Below are positions 1-7,275 of a stretch of 34,587 nt of DNA, piece after piece. How positions within the stretch are numbered: the stretch's first letter is position 1; every line of letters begins with the position of its first letter. Origin of the DNA: a bacterium (GTDB lineage: Bacteria; DRYD01). Position numbers and translations under genes: made by a program. Where the stretch lies: assembly GCA_046294045.1 (NCBI GenBank), contig JBKBIY010000001.1, positions 1-34,587 of the forward strand, written 5' to 3'. A model generated the notes under the pieces. The model did no database searches and had not been told where the DNA came from. It saw nothing but the letters and a program-made list of their open reading frames with translations.

Positions 1-753
1 TACAAGTATAAAATCTGAATTACTAACGACTATACCATCAGATGAAAGTTTTCCAAAAGAATACTGTCTTAAGATGCTCAATTTTTTTAAGATAAATTCT
101 TCCATTTTTTTATCTTTGTATTTTCTTGCTATTTCCAATTCTTTCTTAGTTTCCTCTATTTCCAAACTTCTAATTTTCAGAATTTTTTGTCCCTTTTTTA
201 CTAATTGTCCTTCAAAGGTACCAAACGTACTTTCTATCCATACAGGTGTATTAAAATAGATGTTATATAAAAAAGCTTCGCTTAGTTCTGTATATGCAAC
301 AGCTTCATAGGTATTAGATACTTCCATATATTTCGCTTTAAAAGTAGGTATAGCAAAAGAAGTGCGTATTGATAAAAAATTTGAAGAAGTTTTGATTTGA
401 TCCTGATTGACTTTATCGTAGTTTAAGCGAGAATGTTCATGAAAATGTTCATGAGTTTTTTCAGGCGTATGTTTGTGAGAATCTTTTTCTAAATCTTTTT
501 TTGAACCCTCATCTTTTTTTGAATCATCTATAGGTACCAAATCCATTTTACAAATGGGACAGCTTCCAGGTTTATCTTGTTTTACTTGAGGATGCATAGG
601 ACAAGTATAAACCACTTTATGAGACTTTTCCGTTTTAACTTCCCTTTTTTCTACAGATTTATTTTCATAACAAGCGTTAAAATTAACCAACAAGAAAATA
701 CAAAACAAGAAAATAATAAAACTTTTAAAAACCATGTTTTTTTTGTTATTCAT
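1..753 (-). CDS. Heavy-metal/RND efflux periplasmic adaptor (membrane fusion protein, CusB/CzcB-like), N-terminal 251 codons; the gene continues past the left window edge
   Basis: Missing from the ORF track because no stop lies in the window. Hand translation of the minus strand from ATG 753-751 is open for all 251 codons: MNNKKNMVFKSFIIFLFCIFLLVNFNACYENKS..HKVVYTCPMHPQVKQDKPGSCPICKMDLVPIDD..SHKHTPEKTHEHFHEHS..WIESTFGTFEGQLVKKGQKILKI..SSDGIVVSNSDFILV. It has a signal/lipobox-like N-terminus, a YTCPMHP-x11-CPICxMDLVP heavy-metal-binding domain, a His-rich linker and then a lipoyl-type hairpin typical of MFPs. A GGAGGTG SD sits upstream, and the ATG overlaps the stop of the upstream OMP gene (ATGAATAA). 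Confidence 0.8.
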   Translation of the reverse strand, partial: MNNKKNMVFKSFIIFLFCIFLLVNFNACYENKSVEKREVKTEKSHKVVYTCPMHPQVKQDKPGSCPICKMDLVPIDDSKKDEGSKKDLEKDSHKHTPEKTHEHFHEHSRLNYDKVNQDQIKTSSNFLSIRTSFAIPTFKAKYMEVSNTYEAVAYTELSEAFLYNIYFNTPVWIESTFGTFEGQLVKKGQKILKIRSLEIEETKKELEIARKYKDKKMEEFILKKLSILRQYSFGKLSSDGIVVSNSDFILV

Positions 754-1999
754 AAATTTCACCTCCTATATTTTTCATCTCAGCGTCAATAAAAGCAATT
801 TCCTTAAAAATTTCTATCATTTTTAATTCCAAATCGTAAAGCTCTTTATAAAAAAGCACTATTTTATATAAATCATATTTACCATACTGATACTTGTTAA
901 AGCTAAGCTCTATTGATTTTTGTAATTCTTTTTGCTTAAGTATCAAAAAATTTAATTGATTCTTAAGATTAATGAATCTTTGTTTTAGATAATTTTTCCT
1001 AGCTTCTAAGGAAATTAAAAGAGAAAACTTTTGATTATCAAAATATTTAATCTTAAGATTTATATTATCGATAGAAGGTTGTAACTGTCTTTTATCAGAG
1101 AAATTAAAATAATATTTTAGGTAAACTATAGAGGGGTTACCAGGTCTTGCCATATATTCTACCATCCAACCATTATCGGGAAGATATTTATATTTTTCTA
1201 CATAAATTTCCAGCCTAGCTAATTCCTTTTCTTTTTCAATCCTCTTTAACCTAGGATTATTGTATATATTGATATTGGCAAGCTTGTAATTTTTATAAAA
1301 TCCCATTAAATCGTTTAACTTAAAATCTTGAGTATTTTGTATAGGCAAAAAAACCTTTAAAAGATTATAAATTTCGAAATTTGATAAATTTATGTTATCC
1401 TGAGTTTGTAAAATTGTGGAATTAATATCTTGTACAACGGAATTAGCGAAAGATATTTCTGACAAATCACCATAAGAATAGGAATACTTAGTATACGCTA
1501 AATCCACTGCTTTACTAATTAAATTCTTAAAATTTTCCAAAATTTTTAGTTTAATGTCGTCAAAAAATATAGTTATCAAATTTTTTCTTATATTGAAAGC
1601 TAAATCTAGTAAATAAATTTCTTTATCTATGTTAAAAATTTGAGATTTGGAATATTCCAAGTTAAAAGCATTTTCAGTTTTAATTTTGTTTAAACTTGAA
1701 AATCCGTAATTAAAGGAGTATCCCGACATCATTTCCCTTTTATAGGGGAAAAAATTGTTAAACGGTAAAGCAAAAGAGATTTCATACATTCGAGAATTTT
1801 TATACAACTCCTTAGCAGCCTGTATCTTTTGATTTAAATGGGAAACATCAAAATTTTTTAAATCCGGGTTATATAAAATAGCAATTCCAATAAGCTTGTT
1901 AATTTCATTTTTATAAACAGTGTAAAAATCGTTACTATAAGCTAAAACACATAACAAAGCTATCCAACCAAATCCTAAAAAAATCTTTTTCATCATCAA
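746..1999 (-). CDS. TolC/OEP-family outer-membrane efflux protein
   Basis: 417 aa with a signal peptide (MMMKKIFLGFGWIALLCVLAYS). Two internal halves each open with an OEP-like motif (ILYNPDLKNF..IQAAKE and NIYNNPRLKRIEKEKELARLE..LPD) followed by long helix-prone K/E/L-rich stretches. GGAGGTG SD; 8-nt overlap with the adaptor gene downstream. Confidence 0.7.
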   Translation of the reverse strand: MMMKKIFLGFGWIALLCVLAYSNDFYTVYKNEINKLIGIAILYNPDLKNFDVSHLNQKIQAAKELYKNSRMYEISFALPFNNFFPYKREMMSGYSFNYGFSSLNKIKTENAFNLEYSKSQIFNIDKEIYLLDLAFNIRKNLITIFFDDIKLKILENFKNLISKAVDLAYTKYSYSYGDLSEISFANSVVQDINSTILQTQDNINLSNFEIYNLLKVFLPIQNTQDFKLNDLMGFYKNYKLANINIYNNPRLKRIEKEKELARLEIYVEKYKYLPDNGWMVEYMARPGNPSIVYLKYYFNFSDKRQLQPSIDNINLKIKYFDNQKFSLLISLEARKNYLKQRFINLKNQLNFLILKQKELQKSIELSFNKYQYGKYDLYKIVLFYKELYDLELKMIEIFKEIAFIDAEMKNIGGEIYE

Positions 2000-2052
2000 T
2001 TCACCTCCTAAAAGCCATTAAAAAAGATAAAAATCAAAGATATAGAATACTA

Positions 2053-2100
2053 TAGAAAACTTTTAAGAAAACTAGTAAGAAAACAAGTAAGAAATTAACA
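2053..2100. repeat. Four imperfect 12-nt tandem direct repeats (TAGAAAACTTTT / AAGAAAACTAGT / AAGAAAACAAGT / AAGAAATTAACA)
   Basis: Read directly from the sequence. They lie in the spacer upstream of the efflux operon start (1999). The last unit covers the stop codon of ORF 2095-2418. They are preceded by TATAGAA twice, 10 nt apart (2041 and 2051). Confidence 0.7.
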
Positions 2101-2418
2101 CAGCAGCCTTACAGATAGGATAAAATACAACCAAAAATCATAAAAAAGGAAATTTTTAGAAAAATTCTTAATAAGCGGGAAAAATTTTAAGAAATTCGGA
2201 ACTTCAACAAAAATAGGATCCACTTCAAAATTAAAATAAAAATAATCATCTCTTTTTAAATCAAATTTGCTATGAAAACATTTACATTCGTGACAACAAC
2301 AGATTTCTTCATAATTAAATCCGAAAAAACTTAAACAATCTGACCAATAATTTTTAAAATCAAAATCCTTATACCAATAAACCCAAAAAAGCAAAAATAA
2401 AAATACAAAAACCCTCAT
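2095..2418 (-). CDS. Hypothetical small protein with hydrophobic N-terminus and a Cys/His cluster (possibly not a real gene)
   Basis: 107-aa ATG-initiated ORF, which is long for a stop-rich AT genome. N-terminal hydrophobic segment MRVFVFLFLLFWVYWY, C28, then CCCHECKCFH at residues 40-49 (nt 2272-2301). Same strand as the efflux operon and 95 nt upstream of it. No SD is visible before the ATG, and the high Phe content could come from a T-rich strand. Confidence 0.3.
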   Translation of the reverse strand: MRVFVFLFLLFWVYWYKDFDFKNYWSDCLSFFGFNYEEICCCHECKCFHSKFDLKRDDYFYFNFEVDPIFVEVPNFLKFFPLIKNFSKNFLFYDFWLYFILSVRLLC

Positions 2419-2560
2419 CGTTTTCTTAATAAATTATTTCAAAATATCTATAAAATTTCCTTTTAAAGAATATTTTTTTTAAAGAACATTTTAAAGAGGA
2501 TAAGAATTGTAAAGCAAAAATTAAGTAAAGAGAAATCAAAGAGGAAAATAACGGCGAAAA
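2419..2560. promoter_or_regulatory. Divergent intergenic region upstream of kup (presumed kup promoter/leader)
   Basis: 142-nt A-rich non-coding spacer between the minus-strand ORF at 2418 and the kup ATG at 2561. It contains several TAAAGA copies. I could not pick out a convincing -35/-10 pair or any structured RNA. Confidence 0.3.
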
Positions 2561-4399
2561 ATGATAAAAAATTCGAAATTTTTCGAAAATATCCGCCCCT
2601 TAGGTATAGTATTTGGAGATATAGGAACAAGCCCGCTTTATACAGTTAGCTTAATAGCTTTCACCATAAAAAACAAAGATCCCCTCCTAATTATGGGAGG
2701 TATATCATTAATATTTTGGCTATTAATAATAATAGTTTACATTCAGTATGTTTTCATTGTAATGAATCTAAGTATTAGAGGTGAAGGAGGACAATTAATA
2801 ATAAGAGAGTATGCTTTGTCTTTAGTAAAAAACAATCCATTTTTGAAAAGTCTTGTTTCCTTTCTAGGATTATTTGGATTTTGTGCAATAGTTAGCGAAG
2901 GAATACTAACCCCAGCAATAAGTATACTTTCATCCAGTGAAGGATTAAAAATGATAGAAACAGGTGTTAATTTCACAACATTTCATGTAATTCTAATAGC
3001 AACGTTAATAACCATCGGATTATTTAGTTTACAAAAAAAAGGTACAGACAAAGTTTCTTTTTTATTTACCCCTATAATAGCCTTATGGTTTATTTTTCTC
3101 TTTCTTACTGGCTTATTTTATATTCTTAAAGAGCCAGGAATACTTAAAGCAATAAATCCAATTTATATTGTTTACCTTTTTAAAAATGATCCTATAGACT
3201 TTCTTATAGTTTTATCTTTTGCGATGTTAGCGATAACAGGAGTTGAGGGAATGTACGCAGATATGGGACACCTAGGTAAAAAACCTATAGTATTTTCATG
3301 GAATCTTGTTTTCATAAGTTTAATAACTAATTATTTCGGGCAAGGAGCATTCTTCCTTCTAAATCATCATAAAATAACAGAATACAACTCCCTTATTTTT
3401 TACATGGTTAAAAGTATGATTCCATCTTTGTATATACCTGCTATAATTCTTACCTTACTAGCAACAGTAATAGCTTCACAAGCAATGATAAGTGCAATGT
3501 TTTCTATATTCTACCAAACCTCTAATCTTAATCTCCTACCGAGAATAAAATATATACATACTTCAAGTGAACTAAAACACCAAATTTATGTACCTTTTGT
3601 AAATTGGTTTCTAATGATACTTGTGCTCCTAACGATAATAATTTTCAAAAGTTCAAACAATATAGCAAACGCTTACGGATTGTCTGTAAATATAACAATT
3701 GTTATATCCTGCATTATTTCAGCCATAATATTTTGGCACCAACAAAAAATAATAACAGTCATTTTATTACTCCTAGTTATATTGCCCGTAGATTTGGTGG
3801 TGTTGATATCTAACTTTCATAAAATAATACACGGAGGATACTTCCCATTTATAACAGCTCTGATTTTAATATCCATCGTTATGATATACATTAATGGTAA
3901 CAAAAAGCTTGGAAAAAAACTTAAATACACATCTTACCACGAATTTTTAAATAAATACGAAGAATTTTATAACTCCGAATCAAAAATAAAAGGACAAGCA
4001 ATATTCCTGTTAAGAGATATAAACTATATCTCCCCTTATATAAGCAAAACAATTTTCGACTTCAAGATTATTTACGAAAAAAACATACTTCTATCTATCA
4101 ACATAACCGATAAACCCTATAAAATAGAATATCATCTAAAAAACCTTGAGGATAAACATAAAAGCTTGTATTATTTAGAAATAAAATCAGGCTATTTAGA
4201 AATAATTAATATTCCTGAAATTTTGGATAAACTTAATATTCAACCTACAACGGTATTCTATGGACAAGAAAATATAAACTCGAGAAATATTTTTGTTAAG
4301 TTTTATTCTTTGCTAAAGAAAATATCACCTACAATTGTGGATTTTTACAATTTTCCATTATCCAAAACAATAGGAATTACTACTAACCTAGAAATTTGA
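2561..4399 (+). CDS. kup: KUP/HAK/KT-family potassium uptake transporter
   Basis: 612 aa with the N-terminal family signature GIVFGDIGTSPLYT, about 12 hydrophobic helices and a C-terminal soluble domain of roughly 170 aa. Confidence 0.95.
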   Translation: MIKNSKFFENIRPLGIVFGDIGTSPLYTVSLIAFTIKNKDPLLIMGGISLIFWLLIIIVYIQYVFIVMNLSIRGEGGQLIIREYALSLVKNNPFLKSLVSFLGLFGFCAIVSEGILTPAISILSSSEGLKMIETGVNFTTFHVILIATLITIGLFSLQKKGTDKVSFLFTPIIALWFIFLFLTGLFYILKEPGILKAINPIYIVYLFKNDPIDFLIVLSFAMLAITGVEGMYADMGHLGKKPIVFSWNLVFISLITNYFGQGAFFLLNHHKITEYNSLIFYMVKSMIPSLYIPAIILTLLATVIASQAMISAMFSIFYQTSNLNLLPRIKYIHTSSELKHQIYVPFVNWFLMILVLLTIIIFKSSNNIANAYGLSVNITIVISCIISAIIFWHQQKIITVILLLLVILPVDLVVLISNFHKIIHGGYFPFITALILISIVMIYINGNKKLGKKLKYTSYHEFLNKYEEFYNSESKIKGQAIFLLRDINYISPYISKTIFDFKIIYEKNILLSINITDKPYKIEYHLKNLEDKHKSLYYLEIKSGYLEIINIPEILDKLNIQPTTVFYGQENINSRNIFVKFYSLLKKISPTIVDFYNFPLSKTIGITTNLEI

Positions 4400-4401
4400 G
4401 G

Positions 4402-6126
4402 TTATTTATTTTGATTTTCAATAAATGATATTATGGAAGCGGCAAGTGAGGCAGCGTATTGTCCTCCATACCCTCCCGAAGCTTCTAAACTTACAACTAT
4501 TACATATTCTGGCTTCTGATAACCAAAATATCCTACAAACCATGTATTATTTAATCCTTTAGGGTTATTAGAATTAGGGGTTACCTCTGCAGTACCAGTT
4601 TTACCTGCTACTTTAAATTTCCTAACTTTTTGCTTTATAATTGTGGCAGTACCAATATTTATAGCTTCCTCCATTCCTTTTTTTACCAATTCCAAATTCT
4701 CTGGCTTAAAAGGTAATTTATATAAAATTGCTTTCCGAGATGAATTGATAAAGGGAACAGGTTTATAGCCAGTAGCAACACTAGCTGTTACAACAGCCAT
4801 TTGAATAGGAGTTACCAACCCAAACCCCTGACCTATAGATATGTTAACATCATCACCCTTTGTCCACTGCTCATTTAAATACCTTATTTTCCAATCTTTA
4901 TCAGGAATAAAACCCGAACTTTCAAAAGGTAAATCTATACCAGTTTTGTTATTCAACCCTAGCAATTCACCATATTTTTTTATTTTTTCTATTCCTAATC
5001 TGTATCCTAAAGTGTAGTAAAAAACATCACATGAAACAGCTAAGGCGTGTACTAAATCAAGGCTACCATGACCATAAGTATTAAAACAATAAAAAGGATG
5101 AGAACCAACAAAAAAAACTCCTCCACAATAAATATGAGTATTTTTATTAATTAATTTTTCTTCCAAAGCAGCTAGGGAAGTAATTATCTTAAAAGTCGAA
5201 GCGGCAGGATATTCACCCATAATAGCTCTATTATAATAACAAGAAAAATCAGGATACTTTTCTATAATTTGATTATTATCCGGCTTTAGATCGTTTGGAT
5301 CAAAAGATGGATAAGAAGCTAAAACCAATACTTCTCCATTTGCGAGCATTACAATAACTGAACCACCTACAGGCTGCTTGTTTTTTAAACTAAGATTATC
5401 ACATAACTTCTTTAATTCGTTATAAGAAAAAATTTGTAAATCCTTATCTATTGTAGTTATTAAATCCTTTCCTTCTTCAGGAGGGAAGTCTTCCAATAAT
5501 TTTACAGGATACCCTACAGGATCCATTAAATACTTAACTTTTCCTAATTTTCCTCTTAGTAAGCTATCGTATTGTAATTCTAAACCTGCTTTTCCAACCT
5601 CAGAATAAAATTGAATAGATGAATCTTTTTGAACATCCTCTTTGTAGGGTATGTTAACAAAGCCTGTTACAAAAGCAAAAGCGCTACCTTCATAGTACCT
5701 TTTATTATCCACATAAACCTCAAGTCCATACAAATATAATAAATTCTCAGTTATAAAACATATTTCTTGAAAAGAAGGGTTTTCTTTTAATACAACTTTA
5801 TCAGTATAAATCTCTTTTAGATCTGGTAACTTTAGGTCTAACTTTCTTAAAGATTTCTCCAGATATTTTCTTTGATTCTCAGTTAAAAGGTTATGTTTAG
5901 ATTTTTGAAGAATAACTTTAATTACTTCCTTCTGAGAGGCTATAACTTTTTGATGCCTATCTAGGATTCTTCCTCTTTGGGGATTTGTATAGATTTGAAA
6001 AGTTGTATAATAATCCAGCCTATTTTTGAAAACATCATAATTTAGAATGTTTATTTTTATAAGATTATAAACTATCCATCCAAAGGATATTAAAACAATA
6101 AAAGAAACAAGTAAGCCTCTATACAT
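4402..6126 (-). CDS. mrdA: Penicillin-binding protein 2 (peptidoglycan D,D-transpeptidase)
   Basis: 574 aa with an N-terminal TM anchor and a PBP dimerisation region (RGRILDRHQKVIA). Transpeptidase motifs are STFK (YNRAIMGEYPAASTFK, a PBP2-like context), SCD (SxN-type) and KTGTA. Confidence 0.9.
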   Translation of the reverse strand: MYRGLLVSFIVLISFGWIVYNLIKINILNYDVFKNRLDYYTTFQIYTNPQRGRILDRHQKVIASQKEVIKVILQKSKHNLLTENQRKYLEKSLRKLDLKLPDLKEIYTDKVVLKENPSFQEICFITENLLYLYGLEVYVDNKRYYEGSAFAFVTGFVNIPYKEDVQKDSSIQFYSEVGKAGLELQYDSLLRGKLGKVKYLMDPVGYPVKLLEDFPPEEGKDLITTIDKDLQIFSYNELKKLCDNLSLKNKQPVGGSVIVMLANGEVLVLASYPSFDPNDLKPDNNQIIEKYPDFSCYYNRAIMGEYPAASTFKIITSLAALEEKLINKNTHIYCGGVFFVGSHPFYCFNTYGHGSLDLVHALAVSCDVFYYTLGYRLGIEKIKKYGELLGLNNKTGIDLPFESSGFIPDKDWKIRYLNEQWTKGDDVNISIGQGFGLVTPIQMAVVTASVATGYKPVPFINSSRKAILYKLPFKPENLELVKKGMEEAINIGTATIIKQKVRKFKVAGKTGTAEVTPNSNNPKGLNNTWFVGYFGYQKPEYVIVVSLEASGGYGGQYAASLAASIISFIENQNK

Positions 6127-6150
6127 CCCTAAGGTAGTTTTGTTAATTAT

Positions 6151-7020
6151 TCATTGTTTTTTGCTATTAAAAACGTATTTGTAAATAAGAAAAATTGATA
6201 TTCCAAGCAAAGCGGAAAACACTTGTAATAAGTAATAAAGAATATCAACTATGAAAATATTTTTTATATTGTTTTGTCCAAGTAAAAGTGACATACCGAT
6301 AGTTCTACCTCCAAGCCCACCAAAAGCAGATAACACAGAAGTAACACTACCTACCACAAAAGCTACAAACCATTCAAAAAAAGTTATATTCTGGTTAAAA
6401 ACAAAAACCCAAAAACCATATAAAGCTAATGAATCAATAACCTGAGAAAACACTGAAATAAAAAAAGCGAATAATAAAACACGATAAATAGAGTTCTTAC
6501 TAAAATAAAAAAAAATAAACATTCCAATAATCAATAAGAAAATAAAAAAAAATATATAACTTTTGTAAAAAAATAACAAAGCTAAAACCGCCGCAGCCAA
6601 CAAACCTATTATTCTATCTATATAGGAACTGAAAAACACCAAAAATTTACTTTTGAACCCTTCTTGGTTGAAAACCAAAACACCACTTTTAATTCCATCA
6701 CTAAAAACTAAATTAAGACCAATAGAACCTAAAATAGAAGATATTGAACTAAGATTTAAAAGGAAAAAAAAGTTGTACTTGAAAATTGAAAAAACTCTTA
6801 CAAAAAGTGACCACCTGTAAACCTTCAACATAAAAGCAAGAAAAGAAAAAAAAATACTAACCAAAAAGAGAAAAATATTATCCTTCAAAATAAACCATAT
6901 CTCCCCAAGCTTTACAGAAGTTTTGTGATATAAAAAAAAGAAAATAATTAAAGATAGCAAAAAGTAGATAATTAACAAGATAATTTTTTTAGAATCTGTA
7001 ATTTGAAAACTCTTAATCAT
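6151..7020 (-). CDS. Polytopic membrane protein, UPF0104 / lysyl-PG-synthase-TM (flippase-like) type
   Basis: 289 aa with about 8 hydrophobic helices. The LKVYRWSLF motif after the second helix resembles the RW motif of the UPF0104 family. This call is from motif memory only. Confidence 0.5.
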   Translation of the reverse strand: MIKSFQITDSKKIILLIIYFLLSLIIFFFLYHKTSVKLGEIWFILKDNIFLFLVSIFFSFLAFMLKVYRWSLFVRVFSIFKYNFFFLLNLSSISSILGSIGLNLVFSDGIKSGVLVFNQEGFKSKFLVFFSSYIDRIIGLLAAAVLALLFFYKSYIFFFIFLLIIGMFIFFYFSKNSIYRVLLFAFFISVFSQVIDSLALYGFWVFVFNQNITFFEWFVAFVVGSVTSVLSAFGGLGGRTIGMSLLLGQNNIKNIFIVDILYYLLQVFSALLGISIFLIYKYVFNSKKQ

Positions 7021-7262
7021 TATTCTTCCTCTTCTGTAGGAAAAACAACACTAACAAAATTTTTATTTACAACCATAAAGCCTACCCTATCAATTTCCAA
7101 AGAACTATCTTTATCGTATATAATACAATCGGTTAAAGGAATAAATGTTATATTCTTATTAAGTTCATCTACCAATCTAGCTCCAGGTATGAGATACATG
7201 TATCCTTCAATTCTATAATCTTCTAGCAATATTACCATTCTTCTAGCTTCTTTTTTAATCAT
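7020..7262 (-). CDS. Hypothetical 80-aa protein
   Basis: GGAGGAAAAATT SD directly before the ATG, 13 nt after the mutS stop, and a TAATG 1-nt overlap with the downstream membrane gene. The sequence has a beta-strand-like pattern and an EEEE tail. No family recognised. Confidence 0.5.
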   Translation of the reverse strand: MIKKEARRMVILLEDYRIEGYMYLIPGARLVDELNKNITFIPLTDCIIYDKDSSLEIDRVGFMVVNKNFVSVVFPTEEEE

Positions 7263-7275
7263 AATTTTTCCTCCG

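Noticed and set aside
74-792. Plus-strand ORFs 74-259 and 577-792
   Set aside because: Both lie antisense to the hand-translated CusB-like adaptor gene, whose HMBD and lipoyl motifs make the minus-strand frame the real one.
2419-2560. Possible c-di-AMP (ydaO-type) or other riboswitch in the kup leader
   Set aside because: The leader is only 142 nt and extremely A/T-rich. It has no GC-paired helices or conserved riboswitch cores that I can see, and the TAAAGA reiterations look like low-complexity sequence.
2743-3813. ORFs 2743-2976 (-) and 3604-3813 (+) inside kup
   Set aside because: They are nested in or out of frame with the strongly supported kup CDS, are short, and carry no motifs.
6251-7218. 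Plus-strand ORFs 6251-6445 and 7003-7218
   Set aside because: They are antisense to the membrane protein and the 80-aa gene, and neither has an SD or any recognisable feature.
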